A stretch of DNA of 64,000 nucleotides from a bacterium (GCA_024742285.1 JANSYR010000003.1:381657-445656); one strand, 5' to 3'; positions 54,659-64,000 are shown, counted from the first letter of the stretch. Numbers and translations: made by a program. The notes: a model not told the origin generated them from the letters alone.

Positions 54659-55342
54659 ATGTCGTTCGCTTCCGTCGATCCGACACCGATCTGGATCACG
54701 CTCCAGCTGGCGGCCTGGACGACGGGCCTCCTCTTCATGGTCGGCACCCCGATCGCCTGGTGGCTCGCGCGAACCGAGTCTCGCGCGCGACCTCTGGTCG
54801 AAGCGGTGACGGCGCTGCCGCTGGTCCTGCCGCCGACGGTGCTCGGGTTCTACCTGCTGATCCTGATGAGTCCCGAGGCGCCCCTCGGCCGGCTCTGGCT
54901 CTCGGCGACGGGCGACACGCTCACCTTCTCGTTCTCGGGGCTGGTCGTGGCCTCGATGATCTATTCGCTCCCCTTCATGGTGCAGCCGCTCGCCGCCGCC
55001 TTCGAGGGGGTCGGACGGGGGCCGATCGAGGCGGCGGCCAGCCTCGGCGCGTCCCCCTTCGACGCCTTCCTGCGTGTCGCCGTGCCGCTCTCGAGACGCA
55101 GCTTCTTGACCGCTGGCGTGCTCACCTTCAGTCATACCCTCGGCGAGTTCGGCGTCGTGTTGATGGTCGGGGGCAACATCCCCGGCGCCACCCGGGTCCT
55201 CTCGATCGCGATCTACGATCACGTCGAGACGCTTCGCTACGCGGAGGCCCACGCGTTGGCGGCGGGGCTGCTCGTCTTCTCGTTCGCCGTCCTGGTCCTC
55301 GTCTACGCCTTCGACCGGAGGGCCCGCGTCCGTGTCGGCTGA
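54659..55342 (+). CDS. modB: Molybdate ABC transporter permease
   Basis: 227 aa. LPLVLPPTVLGFYLL... and the EAA loop IEAAASLGASPFDAFLRVAVPL. Confidence 0.9.
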   Translation: MSFASVDPTPIWITLQLAAWTTGLLFMVGTPIAWWLARTESRARPLVEAVTALPLVLPPTVLGFYLLILMSPEAPLGRLWLSATGDTLTFSFSGLVVASMIYSLPFMVQPLAAAFEGVGRGPIEAAASLGASPFDAFLRVAVPLSRRSFLTAGVLTFSHTLGEFGVVLMVGGNIPGATRVLSIAIYDHVETLRYAEAHALAAGLLVFSFAVLVLVYAFDRRARVRVG

Positions 55343-56468
55343 GCGCGAGCAAGCGCGGGCTTCCGCGTCCGCCGAGCCCGAGGCCTGGCTCGACTTGTGC
55401 GTGCGGGTCCTGCTCCCGGACTTCACCCTCGAGGTCGACGAGCGGATCGAAGCCCGGGGCGTGACCGCGCTCTTCGGGCCGAGCGGGAGCGGGAAGACGA
55501 CGCTGCTCCGGGCGATCGCCGGGTTCGAGCGACCGGTCCGGGGCCGCATCAGCCTGGGGGACGACGTCTTCTTCGACGCGGACGGGGGGCGCTTCGTGCC
55601 GCCCCACCAGCGCCCGATCGGCTTCCTCTTCCAGGACGCCCGGCTCTTCGACCATCTCGACGTCGCGGGCAATCTCGACTTCGCCGCGCGCCGGCGTGGG
55701 CGCGGGGACGCGCGCTTCGCCGCGTCGGACGTCGTGACGAGCCTCGATCTCTCGTCCCTGCTCGCGCGTCGCGTAGAGGGCTTGTCGGGCGGGGAACGCC
55801 AGCGCGTGGCCCTCGCGCGGACGCTCCTCGCCGGACCCGAGCTGCTTCTGCTCGACGAGCCGCTCGCGGGCCTCGACGTCGCCCGCAAGGCGGAGATCCT
55901 TCCCTACCTGGAAGCGGTGACCCGCCGCTTCGCGATTCCCACGCTCTTCGTCAGCCACGATCTCGACGAGGTGGTCCGACTCGCGGATCGGGTCCTCGTG
56001 CTCGCGGACGGGCAGGGCGTCGGAGAGGGGCCGACCGCGGAAGTCGTCGAGCGCCTCGATCTCTCCCGTCTCGCCGACCGCCAGGAAGCCAGCGTCGTCC
56101 TCGAAGGACGAGTCCTCCGCCACGACGAGCGACTCCACCTCACGCAGGTGGACCTGCACGGCGACACGGTCTCGCTTCCTCTGGCCGATCGCCTCGTGGA
56201 GGGGGATCCGGTCCGCCTGCGGGTCCTGGCCCGGGACGTGGCGATCGCGATCGAGCGGCCGGCGGGACTCTCGATCCGGAACGTGCTGCCCGGCCGGATC
56301 ACGGCGATCCGCCACGAAGGCGCGGGGGCGTCCGACGTGACGATCCAGCTCCGTGAGGATCACCTGCGCGCCCGACTCACGCGGGCGGCGGTCGAGGAGC
56401 TCGAGCTCGCGGAAGGGCGCGAAGTCTTCGCGCTGGTGAAGAGCGTGAGCCTCGATCCGGGACGTTAG
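55332..56468 (+). CDS. modC: Molybdate ABC transporter ATPase with a C-terminal TOBE-like domain
   Basis: 378 aa. Walker A GPSGSGKTT, signature LSGGERQR, Walker B LLLDEP. It overlaps modB by 11 nt. Confidence 0.9.
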   Translation: MSAEREQARASASAEPEAWLDLCVRVLLPDFTLEVDERIEARGVTALFGPSGSGKTTLLRAIAGFERPVRGRISLGDDVFFDADGGRFVPPHQRPIGFLFQDARLFDHLDVAGNLDFAARRRGRGDARFAASDVVTSLDLSSLLARRVEGLSGGERQRVALARTLLAGPELLLLDEPLAGLDVARKAEILPYLEAVTRRFAIPTLFVSHDLDEVVRLADRVLVLADGQGVGEGPTAEVVERLDLSRLADRQEASVVLEGRVLRHDERLHLTQVDLHGDTVSLPLADRLVEGDPVRLRVLARDVAIAIERPAGLSIRNVLPGRITAIRHEGAGASDVTIQLREDHLRARLTRAAVEELELAEGREVFALVKSVSLDPGR

Positions 56469-56487
56469 GCGGACGTCGTGGCGCGAT

Positions 56488-56516
56488 CGTCCCTGGGCGT
56501 CGGACGCCCAGGGACG
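56488..56516. terminator. Bidirectional hairpin terminator candidate
   Basis: CGTCCCTGGGCG-tcgga-CGCCCAGGGACG: a perfect 12-bp stem between the convergent modC and PCuAC-like genes. Confidence 0.5.
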
Positions 56517-56523
56517 CCGCGGC

Positions 56524-56988
56524 TCATTCGTCCTCGACGATCGCCTCGAAGGGGACCTTCTCGCCGTCGGCGAACTCGAGGATGATCTCGAGCTTCTCGC
56601 CACCGGTCAGCGTACGCGGGGACATCAGCCGGAGGAAGAGGCCGCGATCCACGAAGGCGACGTCACCGCCGGCGGGCACCGGCATACCGCCGGGCATGGG
56701 CTCGGAAGACCACTGTCCGTCCTCGTCGACGGCGGTGCGCCGGATGGACACCTTCTCGGCGCAGTCGCAGCTCGCGCCGACGATGGTGCGCGTCCGCGTA
56801 CTGCCGTTCCGGAGCACGAAGTAGACGCTCGGGGCTTCGTCGGCGAAGGGCAGGGTGACCCGTCCGTTGGCGACACGAATCTCGCCCGTGTCGGCGGCGG
56901 CGACCCCGGTCCAGGTCGCGAAGGTCACGGACACGAGAAGGAGGGCGGCGATCAGTCGATTTCTGCGCATCTTCGGATCCTCGATCAT
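56524..56988 (-). CDS. PCu(A)C/DUF461-like periplasmic protein (divergent metal-site residues)
   Basis: 154 aa with a signal peptide. The layout ...MPGGMPVPAGGDVAFVDRGLFLRLMSP...LEIILEFADGEKVPFEAIVED parallels PCuAC, but His ligands are replaced and a CDC motif is present. The ATG overlaps the upstream stop (ATGA). Confidence 0.55.
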   Translation of the reverse strand: MIEDPKMRRNRLIAALLLVSVTFATWTGVAAADTGEIRVANGRVTLPFADEAPSVYFVLRNGSTRTRTIVGASCDCAEKVSIRRTAVDEDGQWSSEPMPGGMPVPAGGDVAFVDRGLFLRLMSPRTLTGGEKLEIILEFADGEKVPFEAIVEDE

Positions 56989-58571
56989 CGTTCTGCGGGC
57001 TCGATCCGCAGGATCATGCTCCCCGAGCGATGCTCGAGGAGGGCGATCAGTTCCCCGTTCGGTCCGACCTCGACGTCACGGAACCGGCCGAGCGCTTCGA
57101 TCAGGGTCTCGCGCGCCCGCTCGCCGTTCTCGTCGACGACGTAGCGCCAGAGATCGCCCTTCGAGAGCGTGCCGACGATCAGGTCGTTCTGCCACTCGGG
57201 GAAGAGCGCGCCGCGATAGAAGACGATGCTCGAGATGCCGGGCGAAGGCGTCCAGTCGATCGTCGTCGGGGTCAGATCCGCCGGGTCGACCTCGAGTCCG
57301 AGCTTCTTCGCGTAGGGCAGGGGGCGCCCGTCGTAGTCCACGCCGCGCGAGACGACCGGCCAGCCGTAGTTGCGCCCCGGCAGGAGCAGGTTGGCCTCGT
57401 CTCCGCCGCGAGGTCCGTGCTCGGTCGACCAGAGGAGTCCCGTCGCCGGGTCGAAGTCGAGCCCCTGGGCGACGCGATGGCCGAGGGTCCAGATCGAAGC
57501 GAGCGCGTCCGGAACGTCGACGAAGGGATTGTCGTCCGGCGTCCTGCCGTCGTCGTGCATCCGCATCGTCTTGCCGTCGGGCCGCGAGAGGTCCTGGACG
57601 CCCGAGTAGTCGGTGTAGTGGCCGACGGTCAGGTAGACGTAGCCCCGATCGTCGAAGGCGATCCGAGCACCGGCGCCGTTCTCGGCGCCGTCGATCTGGT
57701 AGGTCCCCTTCGGCGCTTCCCAGATCGTCTCCTGGTCGATCCAGCGATGGCCGTCGAGGCGGCCGCGGACGAGCCGGAGCATCGCGGCGCTCTTCCCGGA
57801 CGCGCGGCTGGCGGCGTTGCAGTCGTCGCAACGATCGCCGTAGACGAAGTAGATCCAACCGTTCTCGGTGAAGTTCGGATGGAGCGCGACCTCGTGGGCC
57901 CAGCCGGTTCCGGTGTAGGCGGTGCCGCGCAGGACGGAGTCGTTCCAGATCCGCGGGGTGCCTTCGACGAGCGTGATCGCCCGACCATCCGCCTCGACGA
58001 TCGAGAGGCCCTGCATCTTCTCGGTCACCAGGAAGCGCCCGTCGGGCAGGGGCGCGATCGAGTAGGGCTCGGTCAGACCGGTGTAGATCGTCTCGATCCG
58101 GAGCGCGTAGTCTTCCGTGGGGATCGGCTCGGTCGGGATCGAGGGGACGGCGCCGACGCCCTGGCCTTCGGCACCGCGGTCGCCGTGCCGCTTCTCGAGC
58201 AGGTAGATGGCCAGGCCGCGGATCTCGTCCGGGGGAAGCACGTCGCGCCAGGCGGGCATGTCCGACTCGGGGACCCCCGTCGCGATGCTCGAGACGAGGG
58301 CCTCGAGGGTGTCGCCGTCCTTCAGCTCGCCGAGCAGGGAGGGGCCGAGGGCGCCGCCCTCGTGGCCACGTCCGTGGCAGACGGCGCACTGGGCCTGGTA
58401 GATCGCACCCATCTCGTCGGGCAGGACCCAGGCGTCGCGGCCGGGATCGCCTTCCTCGCCCGCCGGCTCGTCGATCGGCGTCGCGCGTGGCGGTTGGCAG
58501 GCGGCGAAGAGGAGCGTGATCGCCCACCCCAGGAAGAGGGCGGACGCCGGGCGGAGGGCGCGCGTGTGCAT
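56985..58571 (-). CDS. PQQ-dependent sugar dehydrogenase (GSDH/YliI-like beta-propeller) with an N-terminal cytochrome c domain
   Basis: 528 aa with a lipoprotein-type signal (LLFAAC). Heme motif CAVCH...DMPAW. The propeller part includes ...GHRVAQGLDFDPATGLLWSTEHGPRGGDEANLLLPGRNYGWP. Confidence 0.85.
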   Translation of the reverse strand: MHTRALRPASALFLGWAITLLFAACQPPRATPIDEPAGEEGDPGRDAWVLPDEMGAIYQAQCAVCHGRGHEGGALGPSLLGELKDGDTLEALVSSIATGVPESDMPAWRDVLPPDEIRGLAIYLLEKRHGDRGAEGQGVGAVPSIPTEPIPTEDYALRIETIYTGLTEPYSIAPLPDGRFLVTEKMQGLSIVEADGRAITLVEGTPRIWNDSVLRGTAYTGTGWAHEVALHPNFTENGWIYFVYGDRCDDCNAASRASGKSAAMLRLVRGRLDGHRWIDQETIWEAPKGTYQIDGAENGAGARIAFDDRGYVYLTVGHYTDYSGVQDLSRPDGKTMRMHDDGRTPDDNPFVDVPDALASIWTLGHRVAQGLDFDPATGLLWSTEHGPRGGDEANLLLPGRNYGWPVVSRGVDYDGRPLPYAKKLGLEVDPADLTPTTIDWTPSPGISSIVFYRGALFPEWQNDLIVGTLSKGDLWRYVVDENGERARETLIEALGRFRDVEVGPNGELIALLEHRSGSMILRIEPAER

Positions 58572-58608
58572 GACCTCCGAGTATAAACGGCTCGGCCGCG
58601 CGTCGGGT

Positions 58609-59859
58609 CTACCAGGCGACGGAAAGCGAGGCGAGGCCGTGCACGTGGAGCTGGCCCTTGTAGACCGGATCGCCCGCCAGCCGCAGCCCCGGCAGGCGCT
58701 GGGCGAGGGCCGAGAAGGCGTGCCGGAGTTCGAGGCGGGCGAGGGACGAACCCAGACAGAAGTGGGCGCCCATCCCGAAGCTGTGGTGGTCGATGTCGTC
58801 GCGCTCGATGTCGAGGGTGTCTGGATCGCGATAGCGAGCCGGGTCGCGATTCGTAGCGCCCCAGAAGAACATGACGGTGTCGTCCTTCCGGATCGTGCGG
58901 TCGTGGAAGGGCACGTCCGCTGCGGCGAATTTCGTCGTCATCTGGACCGGCGTATCGAATCGGAGCAGCTCCTCGACGGCATTCTTCTCGAGGGCCGGCT
59001 GCTCTCGCAGCAGCCGGAGCTGGTCCGGATGACGCAGGAGCGCGAGCGCCCCCTTCGCGATCATGTTGGCGGTCGTCTCGTGTCCCGCCTGGAAGAGGAG
59101 CAGGCCCGTCGAGACGATGTCGGCGTCGGAGAGCGCCGCGCCCGTCTCGCGTTGGAGGGCGACGAGGCGGGAGATCAGATCGTCGCGGGGCTCCGCGCGT
59201 CGCGCGTCGATCAGGGACTGCATGAAGTCCATGAACTGCCGGGCCGCTTCGTTTCCTGCCGCCTCCATCTCGGGCGAGAGGTCCCCGCCCTCGTCGGCGC
59301 GCTCGGAGAACGTGCGGGACCAGGCCTCGATGGACGGAACGGCTTCGAGCGGAACGCCGAGGAGCTCGCAGATCACGGTCACCGGGATGCGGAACGCGTA
59401 GTCGCGAACGAGATCCATCTCGCCGGCTTCGAGCCGCTCGTCGATCAGGCGATGCACGAGCGCCTCGATGTGGGGCTCGAGCTGTCGGACGGATCGCGGG
59501 GTGAATCCGCGGTTCACCAGGCCGCGCAGCTCGGTGTGTCGCGGCGGTGGCATGAAGGCGAACATGCCGCGCATCGCCTCGATGAAGGGCCCGCCGCTCC
59601 CCATGCCGGCCATCACGAGCTGGCGATCGTCCTTGATCAGCGACGCGTTCCGCACGAGCAGCTCGTCGTCCTCGAAGCGCGTGATCACCCACGGGTTCTG
59701 AAGCCGCGGGAAGTCGGCGCGGAAGACCGGCGCCGCTGCGCGGAGCTGGTGATAGAGACGAACCAGATCCCCGCCCTGGGACCCCGTGGTCAGGATCTCC
59801 TGGAAGAGGGCGTTGGGGTCGTCGGGGAGGTCTTCGTAGGGCAGGGCGCTCATGACCAT
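58609..59859 (-). CDS. Cytochrome P450
   Basis: 416 aa. FGMGAHFCLGSSLAR (Cys loop), AGHETT (I-helix), EELLRF (ExxR). Confidence 0.9.
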   Translation of the reverse strand: MVMSALPYEDLPDDPNALFQEILTTGSQGGDLVRLYHQLRAAAPVFRADFPRLQNPWVITRFEDDELLVRNASLIKDDRQLVMAGMGSGGPFIEAMRGMFAFMPPPRHTELRGLVNRGFTPRSVRQLEPHIEALVHRLIDERLEAGEMDLVRDYAFRIPVTVICELLGVPLEAVPSIEAWSRTFSERADEGGDLSPEMEAAGNEAARQFMDFMQSLIDARRAEPRDDLISRLVALQRETGAALSDADIVSTGLLLFQAGHETTANMIAKGALALLRHPDQLRLLREQPALEKNAVEELLRFDTPVQMTTKFAAADVPFHDRTIRKDDTVMFFWGATNRDPARYRDPDTLDIERDDIDHHSFGMGAHFCLGSSLARLELRHAFSALAQRLPGLRLAGDPVYKGQLHVHGLASLSVAW

Positions 59860-60188
59860 TCTCCTCGGTGTTCGAAGAGCAGCGTCACCGGCAGCGGGTC
59901 GAGCTCGAGCAGCTCACTGTGGGTGCGGTCGCCGCTCGTCGCATTGATCCGGTCCCGCATCGCTTCCACGTCGTCGCATTCGATCTCGTAGAGCGCGAGG
60001 AAGCGCCGGCCGTCGATCGAATCCAGGCCGGGGATCAGCTGATGCGGGCTCGCCTCCCACCGGGTCGCCTTCACGATCCCGTCGAGGGCGAGGAGCTCCT
60101 GCACGTGGAACTCGTACCAGGCATGGAAGTCGTCGACCCGCTCGGGGTCGGTCGTGCTCGAGGCCACGAGCATCAGGGCGCGGGGCAT
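59850..60188 (-). CDS. EthD-like dimeric alpha/beta-barrel protein
   Basis: 112 aa. It overlaps the downstream P450 start by 10 nt. This small protein family is often paired with P450s. Assignment from memory, moderate confidence. Confidence 0.6.
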   Translation of the reverse strand: MPRALMLVASSTTDPERVDDFHAWYEFHVQELLALDGIVKATRWEASPHQLIPGLDSIDGRRFLALYEIECDDVEAMRDRINATSGDRTHSELLELDPLPVTLLFEHRGEWS

Positions 60189-60198
60189 GGCGTCCTCC

Positions 60199-60996
60199 TC
60201 ACTCCGATCCGGGCGGTGCGCCCGGAATCGGTCCCTTGACCTTCATACCGGCGGTGATCCCGCCGTCGAGATCGAAGTCGGCCCCGGTATAGAAGGCGCT
60301 GTCGTCCGAAGCGAGGAAGGCGACGGTTCCGGCGACGTCCTCGACGCGTCCGCGTCGTCCGATCGGCGGCGGATCGTGCCGCTCCTGGAGTTCACGCATC
60401 TTCGCGATGTCCGGCACGAAGGGCTCGACCATCTCGTTGCTGCCGGCGGCCGGGTTCACACAGTTCACGCGGATCCCGTAGCGGCCGAGCTCCAGCGCCG
60501 CGACCTTGGTCAGGCCGCGGACGGCGAACTTCGAAGCGCAGTAGGCGCTCGTGCCGCCCGCCGCGTGATGGCCGTCGATCGAGGAGATGTTCACGATCGA
60601 TCCGCCGCCGTTCTCGCGCATCGGCGCGATCGCCGACCGGACGCCCAGAAACGTGCCGATCTCGTTCACCCGGACGAGCCGGAGGTAGTCTTCGACGTCC
60701 GTGTGTTCGATCGGGGCGATGTGGATCACGGCGGCATTGTTCACGAGGGTGGTCAGCGGTCCGAACGCGGACTGTGCGAGGGCGATGGCCGCACTCCAGT
60801 CGCCTTCTTTCGTGACGTCGCCGTGGGCATAGCGCGCGCGTTCGCCCAGATCCTCGGCGACGGCCCCGCCGAGTTCGTCGAGCAGATCGACCAGGACGAC
60901 GCAGGCGCCGTCGGCGACGAGTCGCCGGGCGATCGCTTCGCCGGATCCCCGCGCCGCGCCGGTGACGATCGCGGTCTTGCCTTCGAGTCGGTCCAT
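60199..60996 (-). CDS. Short-chain dehydrogenase/reductase (SDR)
   Basis: 265 aa from MDRLEGKTAIVTGAARGSGEA, with the SD GGGAGG. NNAA and the catalytic YCASK motif. Confidence 0.9.
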   Translation of the reverse strand: MDRLEGKTAIVTGAARGSGEAIARRLVADGACVVLVDLLDELGGAVAEDLGERARYAHGDVTKEGDWSAAIALAQSAFGPLTTLVNNAAVIHIAPIEHTDVEDYLRLVRVNEIGTFLGVRSAIAPMRENGGGSIVNISSIDGHHAAGGTSAYCASKFAVRGLTKVAALELGRYGIRVNCVNPAAGSNEMVEPFVPDIAKMRELQERHDPPPIGRRGRVEDVAGTVAFLASDDSAFYTGADFDLDGGITAGMKVKGPIPGAPPGSE

Positions 60997-61079
60997 CGAG
61001 CCTCCCGGGATCTGCTCCCTCAGGTCCGATGGTGGCAAGCCGAGCGCGCAATGCCATCCCGATCGGCTACGATCGTCGC

Positions 61080-62201
61080 ATGGGGTCGAGAGGGAGAAGA
61101 GCGCGCCGCGTGGTGGCGCTGATCGCGATGCTGAGCCTCCTTGCGGGCTGCGGGGGGCGGCTCGGGCCGGCGACCGTCTCGCTCACGCGCACCCACTACA
61201 ACGTGGCGGCCCAGGAGACGAGCGCGGAAGAGCTCCTGCTGAACCTGGTTCGTCTGCGCTATCGCGACTCGCCCTACTTCCTCCAGATCGCCTCGCTCTC
61301 GACGAACATGCGCGCGGCCGCGGGCCTCGGGAGCGAAGCCTCCTTCGTTCCGAACGGAGCCGACAGCCGGCTGCTCTCGGGCACCTTGTTGATCGAGGAA
61401 TCGCCCACGATCACCTACACGCCGCTGGTCGGCGACCGCTTCGTGACCCAGCTGCTCGAGCCCGTCGCACCCGAGATCCTGCTGCTCCTGTCCCACGCGG
61501 GATGGTCGATGGACCGTTTCCTTCGGCTCTTCGTGCAGGAGATCGGCGGGGTTCCGAACGCGCCGACGGCGTCGGGACCGACGCCGTCGACGGAGCCGGT
61601 CTTCGAGGACTTCCTCCGGGTCGCCGAGCTGCTGCGAGTCCTGCAGATGCGTCGACAGCTGCAGCTGATCGGTGGATCGCTCGGAGGCCGCGGCGCCGAG
61701 ACGCCGCAGCCCACCGAACAGGGTGTCCTTCTCAAGTTCGCGCCGGAAGCGATCGAATCCGACGAGTTCCGGGAGCTCCAGGGGCGGCTCGGCCTCGAGC
61801 CTGGTCGTGAGATCTTCGAGCTCGTGAGCGGGATCGGCGCGCGTGCGCCCCACCGCATCAACCTGGTTCTGCGTTCGGTGCTCTCGTCGATGTTCTACGC
61901 ATCGCACGGCATTCGCGTGCCCGAAGACGACCGGCTGGCGGGGCGTGTCACCACGACGATCTCGCGGGACGGGGACGCTTTCGACTGGGGTCGCGTGACC
62001 GGATCCCTGCTCGACGTGGAGTCCGGCCGTCCGTCGGAGCCGGCGTACGCGTCGGTCCGCTATCGCGGCCACACGTTCTGGATCGACGACAGGGACCTCG
62101 ATTCGAAGTCGACCTTCACGATGCTGAACCTCGTGCTCGCGTTGCAGGCCGGAGAGCTGCCGTCCGGTGGTCCGATCCTCACGCTTCCGGTCGTTCAGTA
62201 G
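61080..62201 (+). CDS. Lipoprotein of unknown function
   Basis: About 373 aa from MGSRGRRARRVVALIAMLSLLAGC (lipobox), internal to ORF 61029..62201. No family recognised. Confidence 0.7.
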   Translation: MGSRGRRARRVVALIAMLSLLAGCGGRLGPATVSLTRTHYNVAAQETSAEELLLNLVRLRYRDSPYFLQIASLSTNMRAAAGLGSEASFVPNGADSRLLSGTLLIEESPTITYTPLVGDRFVTQLLEPVAPEILLLLSHAGWSMDRFLRLFVQEIGGVPNAPTASGPTPSTEPVFEDFLRVAELLRVLQMRRQLQLIGGSLGGRGAETPQPTEQGVLLKFAPEAIESDEFRELQGRLGLEPGREIFELVSGIGARAPHRINLVLRSVLSSMFYASHGIRVPEDDRLAGRVTTTISRDGDAFDWGRVTGSLLDVESGRPSEPAYASVRYRGHTFWIDDRDLDSKSTFTMLNLVLALQAGELPSGGPILTLPVVQ

Positions 62202-62275
62202 GCGAGGGCGTTCGTCCCGCAGCCGGCCTGCGCGGAGGGGCTCGGGAGGGCGTCGCGAATCGCGAGACGGCCCGC

Positions 62276-64000
62276 TCAGCTCGGCACGCGGATCCGTTCG
62301 ACCAACGCGTGGACGTCGTCCGAGGGCGGGGGCGTCCACGCGGACACGCCGAGGGCGACGGCGAAGTTGAGGCCCGCCCCGACGGCGCCGATCCCCTCCG
62401 GAGAGATCCCGAAGAGCCAGTTCTCGGCGACGTCGGCGGCCATCGGTTGGATGACGATTCCCTTGAACCAGACGATGTAGCCGAGGGTGAAGAAGAGGCC
62501 GGCGAGCATGCCGGCGATGGCGCCCTGCTTGTTCACGCGGAAGGAGAAGATTCCGAGGAGGATGGCCGGGAAGAGAGAGGCGGCGGCGAGGCCGAAGGCG
62601 AGGGCGACCACCTCGGCCACGAAGCCCGGCGGGTTGTAGCCGAGGTAGCCGGCGAAGAGGATCGCGACGGCGGTCGCGGTCCGACCCGCTTTGAGCTCCC
62701 CGGACTCGCCGATGTCCGGGCGGAAGACGCCCTTCAGCAGGTCGTGGGAGACGGCGGCCGAGATCACCAGCAGGAGCCCGGCGGCGGTCGAGAGGGCGGC
62801 GGCGATCCCGCCGGCGGCCACCAGGGCGATCACCCAGTCGGGCAGGCCCGCGATCTCGGGGTTCGCGAGCACGATGATGTCCCGGTCGACCCGGAGCTCG
62901 TTGCCGGCCCAGCCGTGGCGCGCGGCCTCGGCGGCGAAGGCGGCGTTCGTGTCGTCGTAGTATTGGATCCGCCCGTCCCCGTTCCGATCCGTGAACGCGA
63001 GAAGCCCCGTGTCCTCCCAGGTCCGGAACCACGCGGGGCGATCCTCGTAGCGGAGATTCGCCGTCGCTTCGAAGACGGGTCCTTTCTGGATCGTCTCGGT
63101 CAGGTTGAGCCGGGCGAGGGCGCCGACGGCGGGGGCCGTTGTGTAGAGCAGCGCGATGAAGAGCAGTGCCCAGCCGGCGGACATGCGCGCGTCGCGCACG
63201 CGGGGGACGGTGAAGAAACGCACGATCACGTGGGGCAGGCCGGCGGTCCCGATCATCAGCGCCAGGGTGATGAAGAAGACGTCGGTCCGGCTCTTCGACC
63301 CCACCGTGTAGGCGGCGAAGCCCAGATCCGTCACGACCTGGTCGAGCTGGACGAGCAGCGGAACGCCGTCGGTGCCTTCCACCGTGCTCGCCATCGCGAC
63401 CTGCGGCAGGGGTTGTCCGGTGACCTGCAAGGAGATGAATACGGCGGGGACCGTATACGCGAAGATCAGCACGCAGTACTGGGCGACCTGGGTGTACGTG
63501 ATGCCCTTCATGCCGCCGAGGACGGCGTAGACGAAGACGATCGCCATGCCGATCAACAGACCGACGCCGATCGGGACCTCGAGGAAGCGCGAGAACACGA
63601 TCCCGACCCCGCGCATCTGCCCGGCCACGTAGGTGAAGGAGATGAGGATCAGGCAGACGACGGCGACGACGCGGGCGGTCTGGGACTCGTAGCGTTCGCC
63701 GATGAACTCCGGGACCGTGAACTTCCCGAACTTGCGCAGGTAGGGCGCGAGGAGGAGTGCCAGCAGGACGTAGCCGCCCGTCCATCCCATCAGATAGACC
63801 GAGCCGTCGTAGCCGAGGAACGCGATCAGTCCCGCCATCGAGATGAAGGACGCTGCGGACATCCAGTCGGCGGCGGTGGCGAGCCCATTGGCGACGGGAT
63901 GGACCCCGCCGCCAGCCACGTAGAACTCGCCGGTGCTGCTGGCGCGACTCGCGATCGCGATCCCGATGTAGAGGGCGAAGGAGGCACCCACGACGAGATA
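62276..64000 (-). CDS. Sodium:solute symporter (SSS) family, ActP/VC_2705-like; N-terminus beyond window
   Basis: The reading frame stays open to the window edge (...YLVVGASFALYIGIAIASR...). STGEFYVAGGGVHPVANGLATAADWMSAASFISMAG is typical of cation/acetate symporters. A large extra-membrane insertion occurs around residues 330-400. Confidence 0.85.
   Translation of the reverse strand, partial: YLVVGASFALYIGIAIASRASSTGEFYVAGGGVHPVANGLATAADWMSAASFISMAGLIAFLGYDGSVYLMGWTGGYVLLALLLAPYLRKFGKFTVPEFIGERYESQTARVVAVVCLILISFTYVAGQMRGVGIVFSRFLEVPIGVGLLIGMAIVFVYAVLGGMKGITYTQVAQYCVLIFAYTVPAVFISLQVTGQPLPQVAMASTVEGTDGVPLLVQLDQVVTDLGFAAYTVGSKSRTDVFFITLALMIGTAGLPHVIVRFFTVPRVRDARMSAGWALLFIALLYTTAPAVGALARLNLTETIQKGPVFEATANLRYEDRPAWFRTWEDTGLLAFTDRNGDGRIQYYDDTNAAFAAEAARHGWAGNELRVDRDIIVLANPEIAGLPDWVIALVAAGGIAAALSTAAGLLLVISAAVSHDLLKGVFRPDIGESGELKAGRTATAVAILFAGYLGYNPPGFVAEVVALAFGLAAASLFPAILLGIFSFRVNKQGAIAGMLAGLFFTLGYIVWFKGIVIQPMAADVAENWLFGISPEGIGAVGAGLNFAVALGVSAWTPPPSDDVHALVERIRVPS

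Overview
GC-rich (about 65-70% by eye) chromosomal window from a diderm bacterium. It is densely coding, and many gene junctions overlap by 4 nt (ATGA/GTGA). I found no rRNA, tRNA, CRISPR array, transposase or integrase. Many long ORFs in the track are wrong-frame shadows typical of high-GC DNA. Calls rest on recognisable family motifs, frame continuity and start/SD context, from memory and without database searches. Layout: (1) 1-2.4 kb, minus strand: a NirB-N-terminal-like flavoprotein with a BFD 2Fe-2S domain fused to a His-pair membrane domain, followed by a membrane-anchored multiheme cytochrome c. (2) 2.9-16.4 kb: a nitrate-assimilation supra-operon of globin, fused nirBD, fused DmsB/DmsC-like FeS-membrane protein, nasA, nrtABCD and an alginate-export-type porin. 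It has two sigma-54-like promoters and a perfect 35-bp tandem duplication at the nasA start. (3) 16.5-27.3 kb: K+ channel, tonB, hemP, TonB-dependent receptor, chuX-like, hmuTUV and exbBD, with two VPEPG-CTERM proteins interleaved. (4) 27.3-30.2 kb: a minimal exosortase, membrane protein and LLM oxidoreductase operon, plus an orphan OmpR-type regulator. (5) 30.6-45 kb: a secreted protein, a third PEP-CTERM protein and a lipoprotein, then a TonB2-type cluster (DUF3450, large ExbB, ExbB, 2x ExbD, TonB, TPR), an Oar-like 1183-aa receptor and an MFS transporter. (6) 45-64 kb: P450s, LLM, VOC, TauD, GT4, a second porin, a small-ORF island, a sugar isomerase, DksA-like, modABC, PCuAC-like, cyt c-PQQ dehydrogenase, EthD, SDR, a lipoprotein and a partial SSS symporter. 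The most interesting candidates are a heme/TonB locus with its own exosortase and PEP-CTERM substrates, the NAD(P)H-to-periplasm electron conduit fusion, and a membrane-anchored NasA partner.
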